A DNA stretch of 64,000 nucleotides from Nanobdellota archaeon. GTDB taxonomy: Archaea > Nanobdellota > Nanobdellia > Parvarchaeales > Parvarchaeaceae. This document shows, one piece after another, positions 45,936 to 55,292 of this stretch. The stretch spans positions 11,844-75,843 of the forward strand of contig JAKAVT010000003.1 in the NCBI GenBank assembly GCA_021817165.1, in the 5' to 3' direction. How positions within the stretch are numbered: position 1 is the stretch's first letter; each line of letters starts with the position of its first letter. Made by a program: the position numbers and the translations under genes. Below the pieces are notes generated by a model. It made no database searches. It saw only the letters and a list, made by a program, of their open reading frames with translations, and had not been told where the DNA came from.

Positions 45936-47034
45936 AATTTGACAGATTTACTACCTCCTTTATCGCAGCGTCCATGTCCGTAAACGCATCTATTCCATTT
46001 TTTCTTAAGAGCTCTTTACCTTTTTCTTCGTTAAAGCCCTTTAGTCTAACCACTATTTTGAAAGTTATGTTGAGCTTTTTTATAGCTTGCACTATCCCTT
46101 CTGCAACAGTGTCCGCTTTAGTCACTCCTCCAAAGATATTTATGAAAAGAACTTTCGGATTTGAGTCTTTTACCAGTTCTATGGCTTCTGCAACCCTTGC
46201 AGGGTCATCTGTTCCGCCAAGATCCAAAAAATCCCCTGCTGTACCTCCGGCTAGCTTTATCTGGTCTATAGTCGCTAAAGTTAAACCTGCACCGTTTGCT
46301 ATCAATCCGATATTTCCATCTAACTTAACAAACGAAATTTCCTTTTTCTTTGCTTTCATCTCCAATTCATCTGGAGAGTATTCATCTCTCTTGTATTCGC
46401 TATGCCTAAACAGGGAATCATCTTCGATAGATATTTTGGAGTCCAGTGCTATCAGTCCATGATCGGTTACAGCCAAAGGATTTATCTCTACCAATTCTGC
46501 GTCTTTATCTGTAAACAGCTTCCACATGGAATCCAGTATACCATAAAATTGCGCCTTGTATTTATCGTCTAATCCAACAAATTTGAAGGCCTGCCTCTTT
46601 ACATAGTCCAGCATCCCAACAAAGACATCTAGATTAAGGCTTTCAATCTTTATTTTTGGTATCTTTTCTATGTCAACTCCTCCTTCTGAAGAAATCAACA
46701 ACGCCGGTGCCTTATTATTTCTATCTAAAGTCAAAGCAACGTACAACTCTCTGTAATGATTTACTGCTTCCTCTATCAAAAAATAGGTTGGTTTAAATCC
46801 ATTGAAAGTAAGCGAACTTATCTTGTTAAAAGCTGATAGAAATTCTTCCTTGTTTTTGAATTTTACAACTCCACCATTTACTCCTCTGTGACCGGTGGGA
46901 ACCTGTGCTTTTATTACGTGTTCTTCTTTAAAATCATTGAAGTCAGAAGCGGAGTGTATCAATTTCCCAGAAGGTATAGCTATCCCATAAGATTTAAACA
47001 AATTCTTTCCCTCAAATTCAAGGAGATCGACCAT
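45919..47034 (-). CDS. sucC: succinyl-CoA synthetase beta subunit
   Basis: ATP-grasp N-terminus (EFEGKNLFKSYGI) and NIFGGVTKADTVAEGI motif. Overlaps sucD. Confidence 0.95.
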   Translation of the reverse strand: MVDLLEFEGKNLFKSYGIAIPSGKLIHSASDFNDFKEEHVIKAQVPTGHRGVNGGVVKFKNKEEFLSAFNKISSLTFNGFKPTYFLIEEAVNHYRELYVALTLDRNNKAPALLISSEGGVDIEKIPKIKIESLNLDVFVGMLDYVKRQAFKFVGLDDKYKAQFYGILDSMWKLFTDKDAELVEINPLAVTDHGLIALDSKISIEDDSLFRHSEYKRDEYSPDELEMKAKKKEISFVKLDGNIGLIANGAGLTLATIDQIKLAGGTAGDFLDLGGTDDPARVAEAIELVKDSNPKVLFINIFGGVTKADTVAEGIVQAIKKLNITFKIVVRLKGFNEEKGKELLRKNGIDAFTDMDAAIKEVVNLSNYGDSN

Positions 47035-47055
47035 TAATTGATAAGGAAATTAGTT

Positions 47056-47063
47056 TATTAAAA
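47056..47063 (-). promoter_or_regulatory. TATA box for sucCD
   Basis: Minus strand TTTTAATA, then 21 nt, then ATG 47034. Confidence 0.4.
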
Positions 47064-47258
47064 CCTTCTACGTACAGGGTTATACAAAAACAGGTAGACC
47101 TGCATAATTTCATAGACTTCAAAATATTAAAGAAACTTGTAGAAGTACATTCTACTTAAATATGTTTATATTGTTTTACAAATACTATGGATTTGTTTGC
47201 TATAAGCTCAAAGAGCCGTAATTTAAACATATTTAAGAATTGAAATTAAAGATTATCT

Positions 47259-48482
47259 ATGTTAGACTCATCAGTATTAAACTTTTTGATGCTTGGCACA
47301 GCGGGAGTCCTGCTTATAGGCTTTTTAGGCAGAGTACTTGGCAAGAAAACAACTATTCCTTATATATTATGGCTTATGTTCTTTGGCCTTTTGCTTGGGC
47401 CAGTGCTGGGATTGCTTAAAAGAAGTTCATTACTTTCGTATCTCCCATTTATAATAAACATAATAATACTGCTTGTGCTTTTTAATGCGGGATTGAGCAT
47501 AAACTTAAGAAAAATAATCCATACCATCTCTAGAGGATTAATACTGTCATTAACAAACTTCACTTTGTCGTTCATAGTAGTTTTTTTTATAACCTATTTC
47601 CTACTTAACAACCTATTAGTTTCGGGCCTGTTAAGCTTAACTGTAGCTGGATTGAGTCTATCGGTAGTATCAAGCTTCAGCCGCAGAAGCGGGACTGAAA
47701 GAGCAAGAAATCTTGTAGAATTAGAAGCAACGGTTGAAGAGCCATTAACAATAATATTCGTATTAGTGCTTGTAGGCGCAATAATCTTAAACAATACAAG
47801 CATAAGCTTTGTATCTGGAAAAGTTATATCTGAGTTTTCTATAGGAGCCGTGATTGGGGCGCTTATAGGCATGGCATGGGTTCCCATAATGAGTTATTTG
47901 CAGAGAAAGCGCTACGATTATTCATACGTGGCTTCGCTTGCCATCGCTTTTCTCGTCTATGTGTTTATAGGCACGATAAACGGAAGCGGACCGATAGCTG
48001 TTCTGGTTTTTGGTATAATAATAGCAAACGGGGAGAACATATTTAGATCTCTAAAGTACAAACACAGCATTTCTTTCAACATAAACAAAGAATCCAAATC
48101 TTTCAATGAATTAGTTACATTTTTAACAACCTCCTTTTTCTTCGTTTATTTTGGAGCGCTTGTACTTTTGAACGACTACATTGGGTTTATTTTTGGGGCC
48201 GTCATAGCCTTGGCACTTGTCGTAACAAAGTATATATCAACAAAGATAACGTTGTATAAATCTTCCTATGACTTGAAAGACAAGACCTTAATAGGAGCAA
48301 TGGTATCTAGGGGCGCAGGAGCGGCTGTCGTAGCGGCACTCCCTCTAAGCTATTCTATACCTGGAACCGGGGCATTTATAGATATAGTATTCTCTATTAT
48401 CTTCGTGACTATATTTCTAAATAGTTTAATGATATCTGTGATAAACAAGCAAAAGTACGTGGAGGAAAGTAAGAATGACTGA
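47259..48482 (+). CDS. cation:proton antiporter (CPA1/NhaP-like), copy 1
   Basis: About 12 TM. IPYILWLMFFGLLLGP and LVLFNAGLSINL resemble the NhaP LFxGGL region. Confidence 0.75.
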   Translation: MLDSSVLNFLMLGTAGVLLIGFLGRVLGKKTTIPYILWLMFFGLLLGPVLGLLKRSSLLSYLPFIINIIILLVLFNAGLSINLRKIIHTISRGLILSLTNFTLSFIVVFFITYFLLNNLLVSGLLSLTVAGLSLSVVSSFSRRSGTERARNLVELEATVEEPLTIIFVLVLVGAIILNNTSISFVSGKVISEFSIGAVIGALIGMAWVPIMSYLQRKRYDYSYVASLAIAFLVYVFIGTINGSGPIAVLVFGIIIANGENIFRSLKYKHSISFNINKESKSFNELVTFLTTSFFFVYFGALVLLNDYIGFIFGAVIALALVVTKYISTKITLYKSSYDLKDKTLIGAMVSRGAGAAVVAALPLSYSIPGTGAFIDIVFSIIFVTIFLNSLMISVINKQKYVEESKND

Positions 48483-49692
48483 TTCAACAACATTTATACT
48501 GCTTATATCGGCGCTTATAATATTTTTAGGATATATAGGGGAACAGATTTTCAGGAAAACGCATGTGCCGTCCTTCCTTTTTCTTGTTTTTATAGGATTT
48601 ATATTAGGACCTGTACTGGGAGTTATACAAAAAGCGGTGCTGCTGCCATTAATAGGCGTACTTGCTGAAATAACACTTATAATGGTCATATTCCATGGTG
48701 GGATGGATTTAAAGGCAAGAACTCTACTTAGAGATGGCTGGCGGCCGTTCGTACAAGTTGCATTGTATATAAGCATCAGCATCATATTCGTAACAATACT
48801 TGCGCATTTTATTCTGCATTTTGATTTAGTTATATCATTGATATTTGCTTCTATCGTAGGTGGCGAGACAACAACCGTTGTTATAATCCCATTATCAAGA
48901 CAATTGGGAGTAAAAGACAAAACCGTAATGTTTCTGACATTTGAAGCTGCATTAAATTCAATCGTGCTTGTAGTTTTGTTCTTGGCATTTATAGGATTAT
49001 ATCAAAGTGGAAGCGCAAACGTGTATTCAACCGTAAATTCCTTAATCTCATCCTTTTCGATAGGTATATTTATCGGGTTGGTACTCTCTGTAATATGGAT
49101 TTATCTTTTAAATTATCTGAAAAAACAGAATTATACCTATGTTTTGACTTTGGGTTTGCTATTTCTTACCTTCGGACTTACTGATAAGGCGGGTGGAAGC
49201 GGATATTTAGCAGTCATAATCTTCGGTATAGTATTTGGAAACCACAGGTTTATAAGCGAATTATTCAGAAGAAAATTAAGGATGGATAAACTTGAAAAGC
49301 AAATATTTAATTTTCAAGGTGAGATTACTTTTGTGTTAAAGACTTTTTTCTTCGTTTTCCTTGGTTTAATCTTAAGTCTCTCCTTTTCCAGCCTTTATTT
49401 TGGGCTAGCGGCAGGGTTTGCAATATTAGCCATTCTTCTTTTTTCACGGTTTATTGCGGTTTCTATATCTACATATAAATCCGACATGATAAAGGACAAG
49501 TTGCCTATTTTTATTTCGTTGGCACAGGGATTGACGCCTGCTACTCTGGCTATATTGGCATTAGAAGATGGAATCCCACAAGCAAATACCTTCTTAGTAC
49601 TGGTGACATACGTTATAATACTAACAAATGTAGTTACAACCATTGGAACTTTTATAACGTTAAAGGGCAAAAAAGTAAAAGTTACGGCTTAA
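48475..49692 (+). CDS. cation:proton antiporter (CPA1/NhaP-like), copy 2 (tandem paralogue)
   Basis: Collinear similarity to copy 1 (VPSFLFLVFIGFILGP; MVIFHGGMDLK). Overlaps copy 1 by 8 nt. Confidence 0.75.
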   Translation: MTDSTTFILLISALIIFLGYIGEQIFRKTHVPSFLFLVFIGFILGPVLGVIQKAVLLPLIGVLAEITLIMVIFHGGMDLKARTLLRDGWRPFVQVALYISISIIFVTILAHFILHFDLVISLIFASIVGGETTTVVIIPLSRQLGVKDKTVMFLTFEAALNSIVLVVLFLAFIGLYQSGSANVYSTVNSLISSFSIGIFIGLVLSVIWIYLLNYLKKQNYTYVLTLGLLFLTFGLTDKAGGSGYLAVIIFGIVFGNHRFISELFRRKLRMDKLEKQIFNFQGEITFVLKTFFFVFLGLILSLSFSSLYFGLAAGFAILAILLFSRFIAVSISTYKSDMIKDKLPIFISLAQGLTPATLAILALEDGIPQANTFLVLVTYVIILTNVVTTIGTFITLKGKKVKVTA

Positions 49693-49696
49693 AAGA

Positions 49697-49704
49697 AATT
49701 TATA
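49697..49704 (+). promoter_or_regulatory. TATA box for fumC
   Basis: AATTTATA, then 21 nt, then ATG 49726. Confidence 0.4.
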
Positions 49705-49725
49705 TTTGAATAACAATACAATGAC

Positions 49726-51132
49726 ATGAACCAGTTTAGAATAGAGAAAGATTATCTTGGAGAAGTAAAGGTGCCACCCACTGCGTATTGGGGAGTACAG
49801 ACTCAGAGAGCATTAAACAATTTTCAAATATCAGGTATAACCCCCATAAAAGAATATACTTATTCAATAGTTTTGATAAAAAAGGCCGCCGCTTTGGCGA
49901 ATTCGGAGATAAATCTTTTGGAAAAGAAAAAGGCAAATGTTATTGTGCAGGCTTGCAATGAAATACTGGAAGGAAAGTTTGACAATCAGTTCTTAGTTGA
50001 CATTTATCAGGCAGGGGAAGGAACCTCAAACAACATGAATGTAAACGAAGTCATAGCAAACATTGCTATTGAAAAGCTTGGTAAAAAAAGAGGTGATTAC
50101 TCTGTAATACACCCTAATGATGACGTAAATATGGGCCAGTCATCAAATGATGTTATACCTACAGCTACAAAAATAGCAGCATTAAAACTATCAAAGGAAC
50201 TAATAAAATCATTGGAAGAACTTAAAACATCATTCCTAAAAAAATCTGTGGAGTTTGACAGAATAATAAAAAGCGGAAGAACGCACCTTATGGATGCCGC
50301 GCCTATAAGACTTGGACAGGAATTTAAGGCATGGTCTGATTTGATAAAAGAATCAGTTTCTAGGATAGAAGAAACAAACGAAGAATTGAAAAAAATAAAT
50401 CTGGGTGCAACAGCCGTTGGCACTGGAATAAACGCAGATCCAAGATATGTGAAAAAGGCCATATCCTATCTTAAAAATTGGACTGGTTTGAAATTAAAAC
50501 AATCTGAAGACTTGCCAGCAGTCACTGAATCTCCTTCTGACTTGCTTGGTTTATCAAGTGCGATAACCATTCTTGCAGCGGATTTGATAAAAATCGCAAA
50601 TGATTTAAGGCTAATGAATTCTGGCCCGATAACCGGATTGGCGGAGATTGTTCTGCCTGCTGTGCAGCCTGGATCTTCCATAATGCCCGGAAAAGTAAAT
50701 CCTAGCATAGCAGAAATGGTTGACATGGTTTGTTTTAGGGTCATGGGCGACAACCAAACAATTGAACTTGCTACGCAGGCTGGTCAATTTGAATTAAATG
50801 TTATGGAGCCGATAATAAATTATTGTCTTCTGCATGACTTAACCATATTGAGAAATGCCTGCAAAGCATTCGCAGAAAAGTCAATAAATGACATAAAAGT
50901 AAACAAAGAAAAAATAGAAGAGATGGTGAATAAAACACCAGGAGTGGGCCTTGCATTAAATCCTTACATTGGCTACGAAAAAAGTGCAGAAATAGTAAAA
51001 ACCGCAATAAAGGAAGGAAAGACCATAAAACAAGTCGCTGAGGAAGAAAATGTCCTAGAAAAAGGAAAACTTGAAAAAATATTTGATCCTTTTAGTCTTA
51101 CAACTTCAAAAAGATTAAAAAGCAAAAAATAA
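49726..51132 (+). CDS. fumC: class II fumarate hydratase (fumarase/aspartase family)
   Basis: GSSIMPGKVNP signature, YWGVQTQRAL N-terminus, TGINADP. The fumarase versus aspartase assignment rests on the QTQR motif and TCA context. Confidence 0.8.
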   Translation: MNQFRIEKDYLGEVKVPPTAYWGVQTQRALNNFQISGITPIKEYTYSIVLIKKAAALANSEINLLEKKKANVIVQACNEILEGKFDNQFLVDIYQAGEGTSNNMNVNEVIANIAIEKLGKKRGDYSVIHPNDDVNMGQSSNDVIPTATKIAALKLSKELIKSLEELKTSFLKKSVEFDRIIKSGRTHLMDAAPIRLGQEFKAWSDLIKESVSRIEETNEELKKINLGATAVGTGINADPRYVKKAISYLKNWTGLKLKQSEDLPAVTESPSDLLGLSSAITILAADLIKIANDLRLMNSGPITGLAEIVLPAVQPGSSIMPGKVNPSIAEMVDMVCFRVMGDNQTIELATQAGQFELNVMEPIINYCLLHDLTILRNACKAFAEKSINDIKVNKEKIEEMVNKTPGVGLALNPYIGYEKSAEIVKTAIKEGKTIKQVAEEENVLEKGKLEKIFDPFSLTTSKRLKSKK

Positions 51133-51163
51133 TGCTTATTAGCTAAAAAAGCATATAAATAAA

Positions 51164-52171
51164 ATGATAGTGTTTAGCTGCGCTGTAGCAGGCTCAGACA
51201 GGATAAGCCTAGAGACGAAGACAGTAAAGATTGCAAAAAAGCACGGTAAAGATATTGTAATAATAAATTTTATAGACGAGATGGTTAAAGTTGCAAACAA
51301 AACAAATCCGTACATAAATTCAAAAAACATTCCAAATTTGGATATAGAGAACATCAGGTTGTTAAAGGAAAATGCCCTCAAAAACATAAAAACGATTATA
51401 GATGAGAACAAGAGAACGGATTACATCATCGACGGACACATGTCGTTTTGGTGGAGAGGCGGGCCTTTGAGCCTCATAAATTCAAGGGATATGCGTACGT
51501 TAAACCCGGATATTTTTATATCGGTTGTGAATGACCCCAAGAACGTAAACAAAAACCTGCAAAAGAAAAAATCATGGGAGGACAAGACAGTAGATGAGTA
51601 TGAAATAGCGCTATGGTCAGAGCTTGAGCTTTATACTGCAGATCTGATAAGCAACTCTATAAACCGGAGGAATTATGTTATAGGCTCCAAAGAAGATCCT
51701 AATACGCTGTATGAATTGCTATACCGGCAGGACAAGCCAAAAGCATATATAAGCTATACTATAGAGCACAGAAAAAGTGGTTATGAGACCTTAGAGAGGT
51801 TCATAAAAAAGATAAAGAAATATCTAATAGTTTTCAATCCGAAGGCAGTGGACATAGATGCCTATAAAGAAAATGTAAACGAAAGAACAAAAAACCTGAT
51901 TTTTAATCAAACTGTAAGAAGAGATTTTCACCTCGTAGACCAGACTGATATTACAATTGTGTATCTATCTGATTTAGTTTATTCCAGCGGGGTAGATGGA
52001 GAAAGAATGCACGCGCATTTCACTGGCAAAAAAGTCCTACTTTATTTTCCATTCGAAAAATACAGTCCTTTCACGCCATATTTCGTTGATAATATGTTTA
52101 AATCCGAAGCTGATTTAATAAAAGAGATAAAAGAGCTATCAAAAAAATACCGATTAAAACAAAAGCAGTGA
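51164..52171 (+). CDS. two-domain protein: archaeal adenylate-kinase (AdkA)-like domain with a degenerate P-loop, plus a DNPH1/nucleoside 2-deoxyribosyltransferase-like domain
   Basis: N-terminal half is collinear with AdkA (IVFSCAVAGSDRIS versus GIPGVGKST; IIDGHMSFWW..GPLSL...LNPDIFISV versus DTH....P.GYLPGLP...INP..I). C-terminal half has ISYTIE...QTVRRDFHLVDQTDITIVYLSDLVYSSGVDGERMHAHFTGKKVLLYF, following the DNPH1/NDT pattern. Confidence 0.6.
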   Translation: MIVFSCAVAGSDRISLETKTVKIAKKHGKDIVIINFIDEMVKVANKTNPYINSKNIPNLDIENIRLLKENALKNIKTIIDENKRTDYIIDGHMSFWWRGGPLSLINSRDMRTLNPDIFISVVNDPKNVNKNLQKKKSWEDKTVDEYEIALWSELELYTADLISNSINRRNYVIGSKEDPNTLYELLYRQDKPKAYISYTIEHRKSGYETLERFIKKIKKYLIVFNPKAVDIDAYKENVNERTKNLIFNQTVRRDFHLVDQTDITIVYLSDLVYSSGVDGERMHAHFTGKKVLLYFPFEKYSPFTPYFVDNMFKSEADLIKEIKELSKKYRLKQKQ

Positions 52172-52222
52172 TTATTTTAAAAGAATTCTAAAGATCGGTT
52201 AAAATGGATTTAGTGTCTATTA

Positions 52223-52918
52223 TTATTTGATAAGTCTGACCGATCTTAATATCTTCCTGTAAATATTATCCACCATCTCATAAAGTTTGTTAAAATACTT
52301 GCTATTAAGCAAAATTGAACATATTATAAACGCTATTGCTGCACCTAATACCACGCCCGCTATTACATCTGTAGGGTAATGGACACCAACATAAACTCTG
52401 CTGTAAGATACCAAAGCCGCTTCAATAACTAAAGGTATTGAATACCTCTTCCTTAAAAACAAAAATGCTGCTACAGCACCACCTGCAACTATCAAAGCAT
52501 GTCCAGATGGGAAAGAAGAATCCAAATCCTTGGGAACGAGTATGTGGTCTATGGAAGATAATAAAGGATTAAGAAATGGCCTTGGCCGATAATAAACTGC
52601 TTTTAAGGATAAACCAATTATTATTATTGCTATAAAGACTATTATCAGCATCAACGCACCTTTTTTCGCTTTCTCATTGTTAAAAGCACTGCCTAAAATC
52701 CACATCAATAAAACAACGGGAACCCAAAAATACTCCCTGCCGTAGATTGCAACTGCAGCAAAGAAAGGATCTAAGGCATTAACACTCCATTTTTCATTTA
52801 TGAGCTTAAAAACCGTCAAATCAAAGCTATTTGATATATTTAAGTTTACAAGCAAAAATATCACTATAAAGAGTACTAGCAATACTAACCCGGTTAATAA
52901 AAGTTTTTTATTGGACAT
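52223..52918 (-). CDS. PAP2-family membrane phosphatase
   Basis: KAVYYRPRP, PSGH and SRVYVGVHYPTDV, the three PAP2 motifs. 6 TM. Confidence 0.85.
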   Translation of the reverse strand: MSNKKLLLTGLVLLVLFIVIFLLVNLNISNSFDLTVFKLINEKWSVNALDPFFAAVAIYGREYFWVPVVLLMWILGSAFNNEKAKKGALMLIIVFIAIIIIGLSLKAVYYRPRPFLNPLLSSIDHILVPKDLDSSFPSGHALIVAGGAVAAFLFLRKRYSIPLVIEAALVSYSRVYVGVHYPTDVIAGVVLGAAIAFIICSILLNSKYFNKLYEMVDNIYRKILRSVRLIK

Positions 52919-52939
52919 TATTATAAAAAAATGAGTAGA

Positions 52940-52947
52940 TTTAAATC
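52940..52947 (+). promoter_or_regulatory. TATA box for the Cas4-like gene
   Basis: TTTAAATC, then 21 nt, then ATG 52969. Confidence 0.4.
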
Positions 52948-52968
52948 CTTTTCCATACTATATTGATA

Positions 52969-53682
52969 ATGCAAAATGATGATTCTCTTGTCGATGTGGA
53001 CGTTGGCAGTATAATAGACGAATATTTAGACGAGGAATCAAGGCCAAAAAAAATAGGAGCTTATTACCCCAGTGAGATAGGGATGTGCATTAGAAGAAGT
53101 TATTATTCTTATTTCATATCAAAACCTACTGAAACTGGTGCACTTAGGATATTTGCACTTGGCAACAATGTACATGAATTCATAGCGAAAGCCCTGAAAG
53201 AATCTAAGACATTGTCACTGGCTGAGGAAGAAAGACCTATAAAGATACCGTACGAAGATGAAAATACAAAATTCACAATATACGGCAGAATAGATGATTA
53301 CATTGAGACCAAAACCGGCAAAAAAATAATAATAGAAGCAAAATCGACGGGAGACATAACAAAGGTCAATGAACCAGACCCAAAACACAAAATGCAGATA
53401 TCATTATACCTTGCTGCACAAAAGGCAGATTATGGGCTCTTAGTTTACGCCGACAAGAAAAACTTAGACATAAAGCAATTTAAAGTAGAGTACAATGAGG
53501 AAGAATACAAAAAAGTAATGCAGAGATTTAAAGACCTTGATTATCATCTAAAAAACCAGATATTGCCGCCTGCTGAGTACTATTTTGACAACAAAAAAGT
53601 ATGGGAATGCAAATACTGCCCTTATTACAAAGAATGCATGCAGGCGTTAGCGGACTCAAACTCATTAGAAAACTACCAATAA
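52969..53682 (+). CDS. Cas4-like PD-(D/E)XK nuclease with a 4-Cys cluster (stand-alone)
   Basis: N-terminal Cys (MCIRRSYY), RIDDY...IIEAKS (D..ExK), QISLY and C-terminal CKYCPYYKEC (Cx2Cx5C). ATG 52969 preferred to TTG 52963. Confidence 0.75.
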   Translation: MQNDDSLVDVDVGSIIDEYLDEESRPKKIGAYYPSEIGMCIRRSYYSYFISKPTETGALRIFALGNNVHEFIAKALKESKTLSLAEEERPIKIPYEDENTKFTIYGRIDDYIETKTGKKIIIEAKSTGDITKVNEPDPKHKMQISLYLAAQKADYGLLVYADKKNLDIKQFKVEYNEEEYKKVMQRFKDLDYHLKNQILPPAEYYFDNKKVWECKYCPYYKECMQALADSNSLENYQ

Positions 53683-53686
53683 AACA

Positions 53687-54067
53687 TCAATCGTTTTCTG
53701 CAGATTTTTTATAAATTCTTTTTACTGCATCCAAACCGACTGTTGCGCATTTTACTCTGGAAATGCTTATACCATTTATTCCCAGCAATTTTTCCATGTC
53801 TTTTAGCTCCATGCTGTTAATCTCTTCCAAGCGTTTGCCCACTAAAAATTCGCATAGCTTAGACAAAGAAACTGTAGATATGACACAGCCTTTCCCGTCA
53901 AAAGAGGCGTTTTTTACTATTCCATTCTCAACGTCTAAATAAACAGAAAACTTGTCGCCACAAGAAGGAGAATAACCCTCTTCAGAATAGTTATACTTAC
54001 TTAGTTTACCATAATGCTCCGGATTCCGGTACAACTCCACCAATTCATAAAATTTATTGTCTTCCAT
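53687..54067 (-). CDS. sufU: SufU-type Fe-S/sulfur-transfer scaffold (IscU/NifU-N family)
   Basis: NPSCGDK-like SPSCGDKF, GKGCVIS and RVKCATV motifs, collinear with Bacillus SufU. Confidence 0.85.
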   Translation of the reverse strand: MEDNKFYELVELYRNPEHYGKLSKYNYSEEGYSPSCGDKFSVYLDVENGIVKNASFDGKGCVISTVSLSKLCEFLVGKRLEEINSMELKDMEKLLGINGISISRVKCATVGLDAVKRIYKKSAEND

Positions 54068-55271
54068 ATTTTGCAGCTATTTTGTTTAATTCGTCAATAA
54101 ATGTGTTTATCTCCTCTTTTGTATTATAAAAGTAGAGACTTGCTCTAGCCGCTCCATCCAATTTTAGTCTGTCTTCTATCAATGGCTGCGCACAATGAAA
54201 GCCAGACCTTACTGCAATTCCTTTTTTGTCCAATAAATAAGCAGTATCATGTGAATGCAATCCTGTAACATTAAAAGAGAAGATGCTGTTGAATCTCTTG
54301 CTCTTCCCGCTGTATATCTCTACATTTTTAAGTTCCTTTGCTCTTTCGTACAGGTAGTTAGTAAGCTCAGCTTCATATTTTTCTACGTTTTCCATACCAA
54401 GATTATTAAGGTACTCTACGGCTAATCCAAGACCATATGCCCCTTCAACATTCTGCGTGCCTGCCTCAAAAAGGTTCGGAACATTTTCATAGATAATCCT
54501 TGACAAACTTACGTCTTTTATCATCTCTCCTCCAGTTAAAAATGGCTGCATGTTCTTTGACGTGTCTTTTTTTATGTATAAAACACCTATGCCAAAAGGA
54601 GCAAGCATCTTATGACCTGAAAATGCCACAAAATCCGCATCAATATCCTTTACATCAAAAGGCATGTGCGGTATGGATTGTGCAGCGTCTACTAAGACTA
54701 AAGCGCCCTGCTCATGCGAAAGCCTGGCGATCTCCTTTACATCATTGATAGTTCCCGTTACATTTGAAGCATGCGTTAAAGCAACTAACCTTGTATTTTT
54801 AGGAAGTCGTCTGTAATAATTAATATCTAATTCGTAATCCTCTGACACCTGAGCTATGTCGACGCCTATGCCTCTTTCTTTCAACCGCAACCAAGGAAGA
54901 AGATTTGAATGATGCTCCATATAGGTACTTGAGATTCTGTCCTCTTTTTTAAATGGAAAGGAAAATGAAACTAGGTTTATCGCTTCCGTTGCGTTCCTTA
55001 CAAACACTATCTCCTCCGGCTCGGCATTTATGAAATCCGCGACCTTTTTCCTGGCGTCATTGTATACTTTCGTTGATTCTTCCGCCAAGCTGTGTATGCT
55101 TCTTATCGGATTTGCATTTATGTTTTCATAAAAATACTTAAGCCCCTCTATGACTGCTGAGGGCTTTTGAGATGTAGCGGCGTTGTCAAAATATATCAGG
55201 TTATTACCATTCACTTGTTTACTCAAAATAGGAAAGTCCTTTCGAACGTTTTCTATGTTTATACCAGTCAT
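54054..55271 (-). CDS. sufS: cysteine desulfurase SufS (class II aminotransferase V)
   Basis: FSGHKMLAPFGIGVLY (PLP Lys) and RSGFHCAQP (active-site Cys loop). Overlaps sufU by 14 nt. Confidence 0.95.
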   Translation of the reverse strand: MTGINIENVRKDFPILSKQVNGNNLIYFDNAATSQKPSAVIEGLKYFYENINANPIRSIHSLAEESTKVYNDARKKVADFINAEPEEIVFVRNATEAINLVSFSFPFKKEDRISSTYMEHHSNLLPWLRLKERGIGVDIAQVSEDYELDINYYRRLPKNTRLVALTHASNVTGTINDVKEIARLSHEQGALVLVDAAQSIPHMPFDVKDIDADFVAFSGHKMLAPFGIGVLYIKKDTSKNMQPFLTGGEMIKDVSLSRIIYENVPNLFEAGTQNVEGAYGLGLAVEYLNNLGMENVEKYEAELTNYLYERAKELKNVEIYSGKSKRFNSIFSFNVTGLHSHDTAYLLDKKGIAVRSGFHCAQPLIEDRLKLDGAARASLYFYNTKEEINTFIDELNKIAAKYGRQ

Positions 55272-55292
55272 AGCACTATCTAACCTTTGTTA

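Noticed and set aside
51139-51411. 90-aa minus-strand ORF overlapping the start of gene 51164.
   Set aside because: It is a hydrophobic shadow ORF. The plus-strand frame shows collinear AdkA-like similarity through this region.
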